Position numbers and translations under genes: made by a program. Of a DNA stretch of 35,441 bases, positions 34,334 through 35,441 are shown one piece after another; position 1 is the first letter of the stretch, and each line of letters begins with the position of its first letter. The notes beneath the pieces were generated by a model. That model saw nothing but the letters and a program-made list of their open reading frames with translations, searched no databases and was not told the origin of the DNA. The stretch covers positions 1 through 35,441 of the IMG/VR virus record IMGVR_UViG_3300020044_001378; one strand, written 5' to 3'. Source of the stretch: a virus. Taxonomy: Duplodnaviria; Caudoviricetes.

Positions 34334-34653
34334 TCGTTGCCCCTCTCTGCAATCATCAAGCCCGTACGAATGCCCGCTATAAGGCTTCTGAGAGTTCGCT
34401 CCGCTTCTGCTTTTGTTCCGCCTAGGTAATCGCTAAACCCGCGAGGCTCCCAATGTCCTGAGCCGTACTTACTCCCGCCAGAGAAGAAAATCCTAAAGGC
34501 TCGCCCGTAGGTTTTGCTTCCTACTTGTAGAACTAGGTGCGGGCGTTTGTTGGACTCGTACGTCGCCTCTATTGGGTCGCCCTCTAGTAGTGGCTTTACT
34601 AACTCTTCAAGCACCGCAACAAGGCGGTGAAGGTCTTCCATTTTGGTTTGCAT
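34330..34653 (-). CDS. Hypothetical early protein
   Basis: 107 aa; RBS GACAGGAG. Confidence 0.75.
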   Translation of the reverse strand: MQTKMEDLHRLVAVLEELVKPLLEGDPIEATYESNKRPHLVLQVGSKTYGRAFRIFFSGGSKYGSGHWEPRGFSDYLGGTKAEAERTLRSLIAGIRTGLMIAERGNE

Positions 34654-34654
34654 T

Positions 34655-34747
34655 TTAAAATTCTCCTGTCGTTGTGTCGTTGTCTAATAGTATGCCCGCA
34701 ATACATAGCAAGGCAAGAGGTGCAAGGGCTAGAAATAAAGCGGTCAT
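34655..34747 (-). CDS. Small membrane peptide
   Basis: MTALFLALAPLALLCIAGILLDNDTTTGEF; ATGA overlap. Confidence 0.5.
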   Translation of the reverse strand: MTALFLALAPLALLCIAGILLDNDTTTGEF

Positions 34748-35061
34748 ACAATCACCGCCAGACTTTCGGCAATAGCGCGACGGGTTAGGCTCTGGTGCTT
34801 GCTTGTTGTCGGGCTGAACTTTTGCTCTACTACGTACCAACCGCGGGCGTCTGTGTGCCAAGCGATAGGCGTGCCGTATGAGAAGACTACGAAAGCGATT
34901 TTAGACTCATTCATAGCAGACTCTAAGAGGGCGTATTCTTCGCGGTTTAGGCGTCCCTCGCTTGGTGTGTAGTCCTTAAAGTTTCCCGATAGTGCAGACG
35001 CCTTGAACTCTTCGCGGGTCATAATGTAATGAACCGCGTCTCTCTGGTTTAGTTGTTTCAT
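34744..35061 (-). CDS. Hypothetical phage protein (SYxTPIA...SxTTSKHQ type)
   Basis: ATG 35061 has better spacing to RBS GACAGGAG (35071-78) than ATG 35070. Confidence 0.7.
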   Translation of the reverse strand: MKQLNQRDAVHYIMTREEFKASALSGNFKDYTPSEGRLNREEYALLESAMNESKIAFVVFSYGTPIAWHTDARGWYVVEQKFSPTTSKHQSLTRRAIAESLAVIV

Positions 35062-35097
35062 TTGTTTCATCTCCTGTCATTTGTGGGATTGTTCCCG

Positions 35098-35146
35098 TGC
35101 CCCGCTAGAGTCTCGAACTCTGCGCCCTCTGTCAAGGGTGCGGGGC
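35098..35146 (-). ncRNA. tRNA-like element (acceptor stem + T-arm + one short arm, no D-arm)
   Basis: Minus strand GCCCCGC-A-CCCT-TGACAG-AGGG-CG-CAGAG-TTCGAGA-CTCTA-GCGGGGC-A. Confidence 0.65.
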
Positions 35147-35161
35147 TGTGAGTTGCCTCAC

Positions 35162-35395
35162 TTATACCGCTTGAATGAGTACCGCCTCGCGGTCTACTTT
35201 CTCGCAATATTCTCGCGCCTCTTTCGCGGTCTTGAATGTTCCCGCCGATTTCATCACGATTTGTTTGCCGTATCCATAGAAACCCGCGCACCATTCTTGC
35301 GAACCTGTCCCGTGTTGCGTTACGAAATAGTAAAGATGCGCCCGCGCTGTCCCCTTGCGGGAGGCTTGAAATTTGCCCGCGCTATTCCATCTCAT
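35162..35395 (-). CDS. Hypothetical early protein
   Basis: 77 aa; ends just upstream of the structured intergenic region. Confidence 0.65.
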   Translation of the reverse strand: MRWNSAGKFQASRKGTARAHLYYFVTQHGTGSQEWCAGFYGYGKQIVMKSAGTFKTAKEAREYCEKVDREAVLIQAV

Positions 35396-35441
35396 TATTT
35401 GCCCGCCTTGCGTGTCTTAAGAACCTTGCGAATTCTTAGGG

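Noticed and set aside
35098-35146. Canonical tRNA, or a sigma70 promoter at the internal TTGACA
   Set aside because: Only 49 nt, with no D-arm, a 6-nt loop and no CCA; the hexamer 17 bp downstream of TTGACA is GACTCT, not a -10.
1-35441. Prophage or integration module, or an alternative genetic code
   Set aside because: No integrase, repressor or host genes in the window; genes tile densely under code 11 with all three stops used.

Overview
The window is most of a lytic-looking tailed dsDNA phage genome, probably a short-tailed (podovirus-like) phage of freshwater Actinobacteria. The host call is inferred from a WhiB gene, an SLT/Apf-like transglycosylase and a split primase like that of Cluster A mycobacteriophages. 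On the + strand, 1-26025 is the morphogenesis and lysis module: portal, HslV/proteasome-beta-like Ntn protease, large putative ejection proteins, scaffold, major capsid, a run of small Lys/Arg-rich proteins, head-tail adaptor, tail fibre, paralogous tail-tip proteins, glycosyltransferase, nozzle, holins and a LAS-type endolysin. 26026-26335 is a dense non-coding switch region with a terminator, a promoter, an AT-rich origin-like tract with a GCGAAGC mini-hairpin, and an 18-bp hairpin whose loop can pair with the next RBS. 26336-31794 (+) is the replication module: split Cas4/RecB-like nuclease, DnaB/RecA-fold helicase, resolvase, split primase, DUF1599-like protein and sigma factor. No DNA polymerase is visible. 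31731-35441 (-) holds small, presumably early genes (FmdB zinc ribbon, transglycosylase, WhiB, thermonuclease) and a D-armless tRNA-like RNA. The most novel signal is a set of structured non-coding RNAs that display anti-RBS sequences in their loops, suggesting an RNA-based translational control layer. All calls come from motif reading by eye; no searches or folding programs were run.
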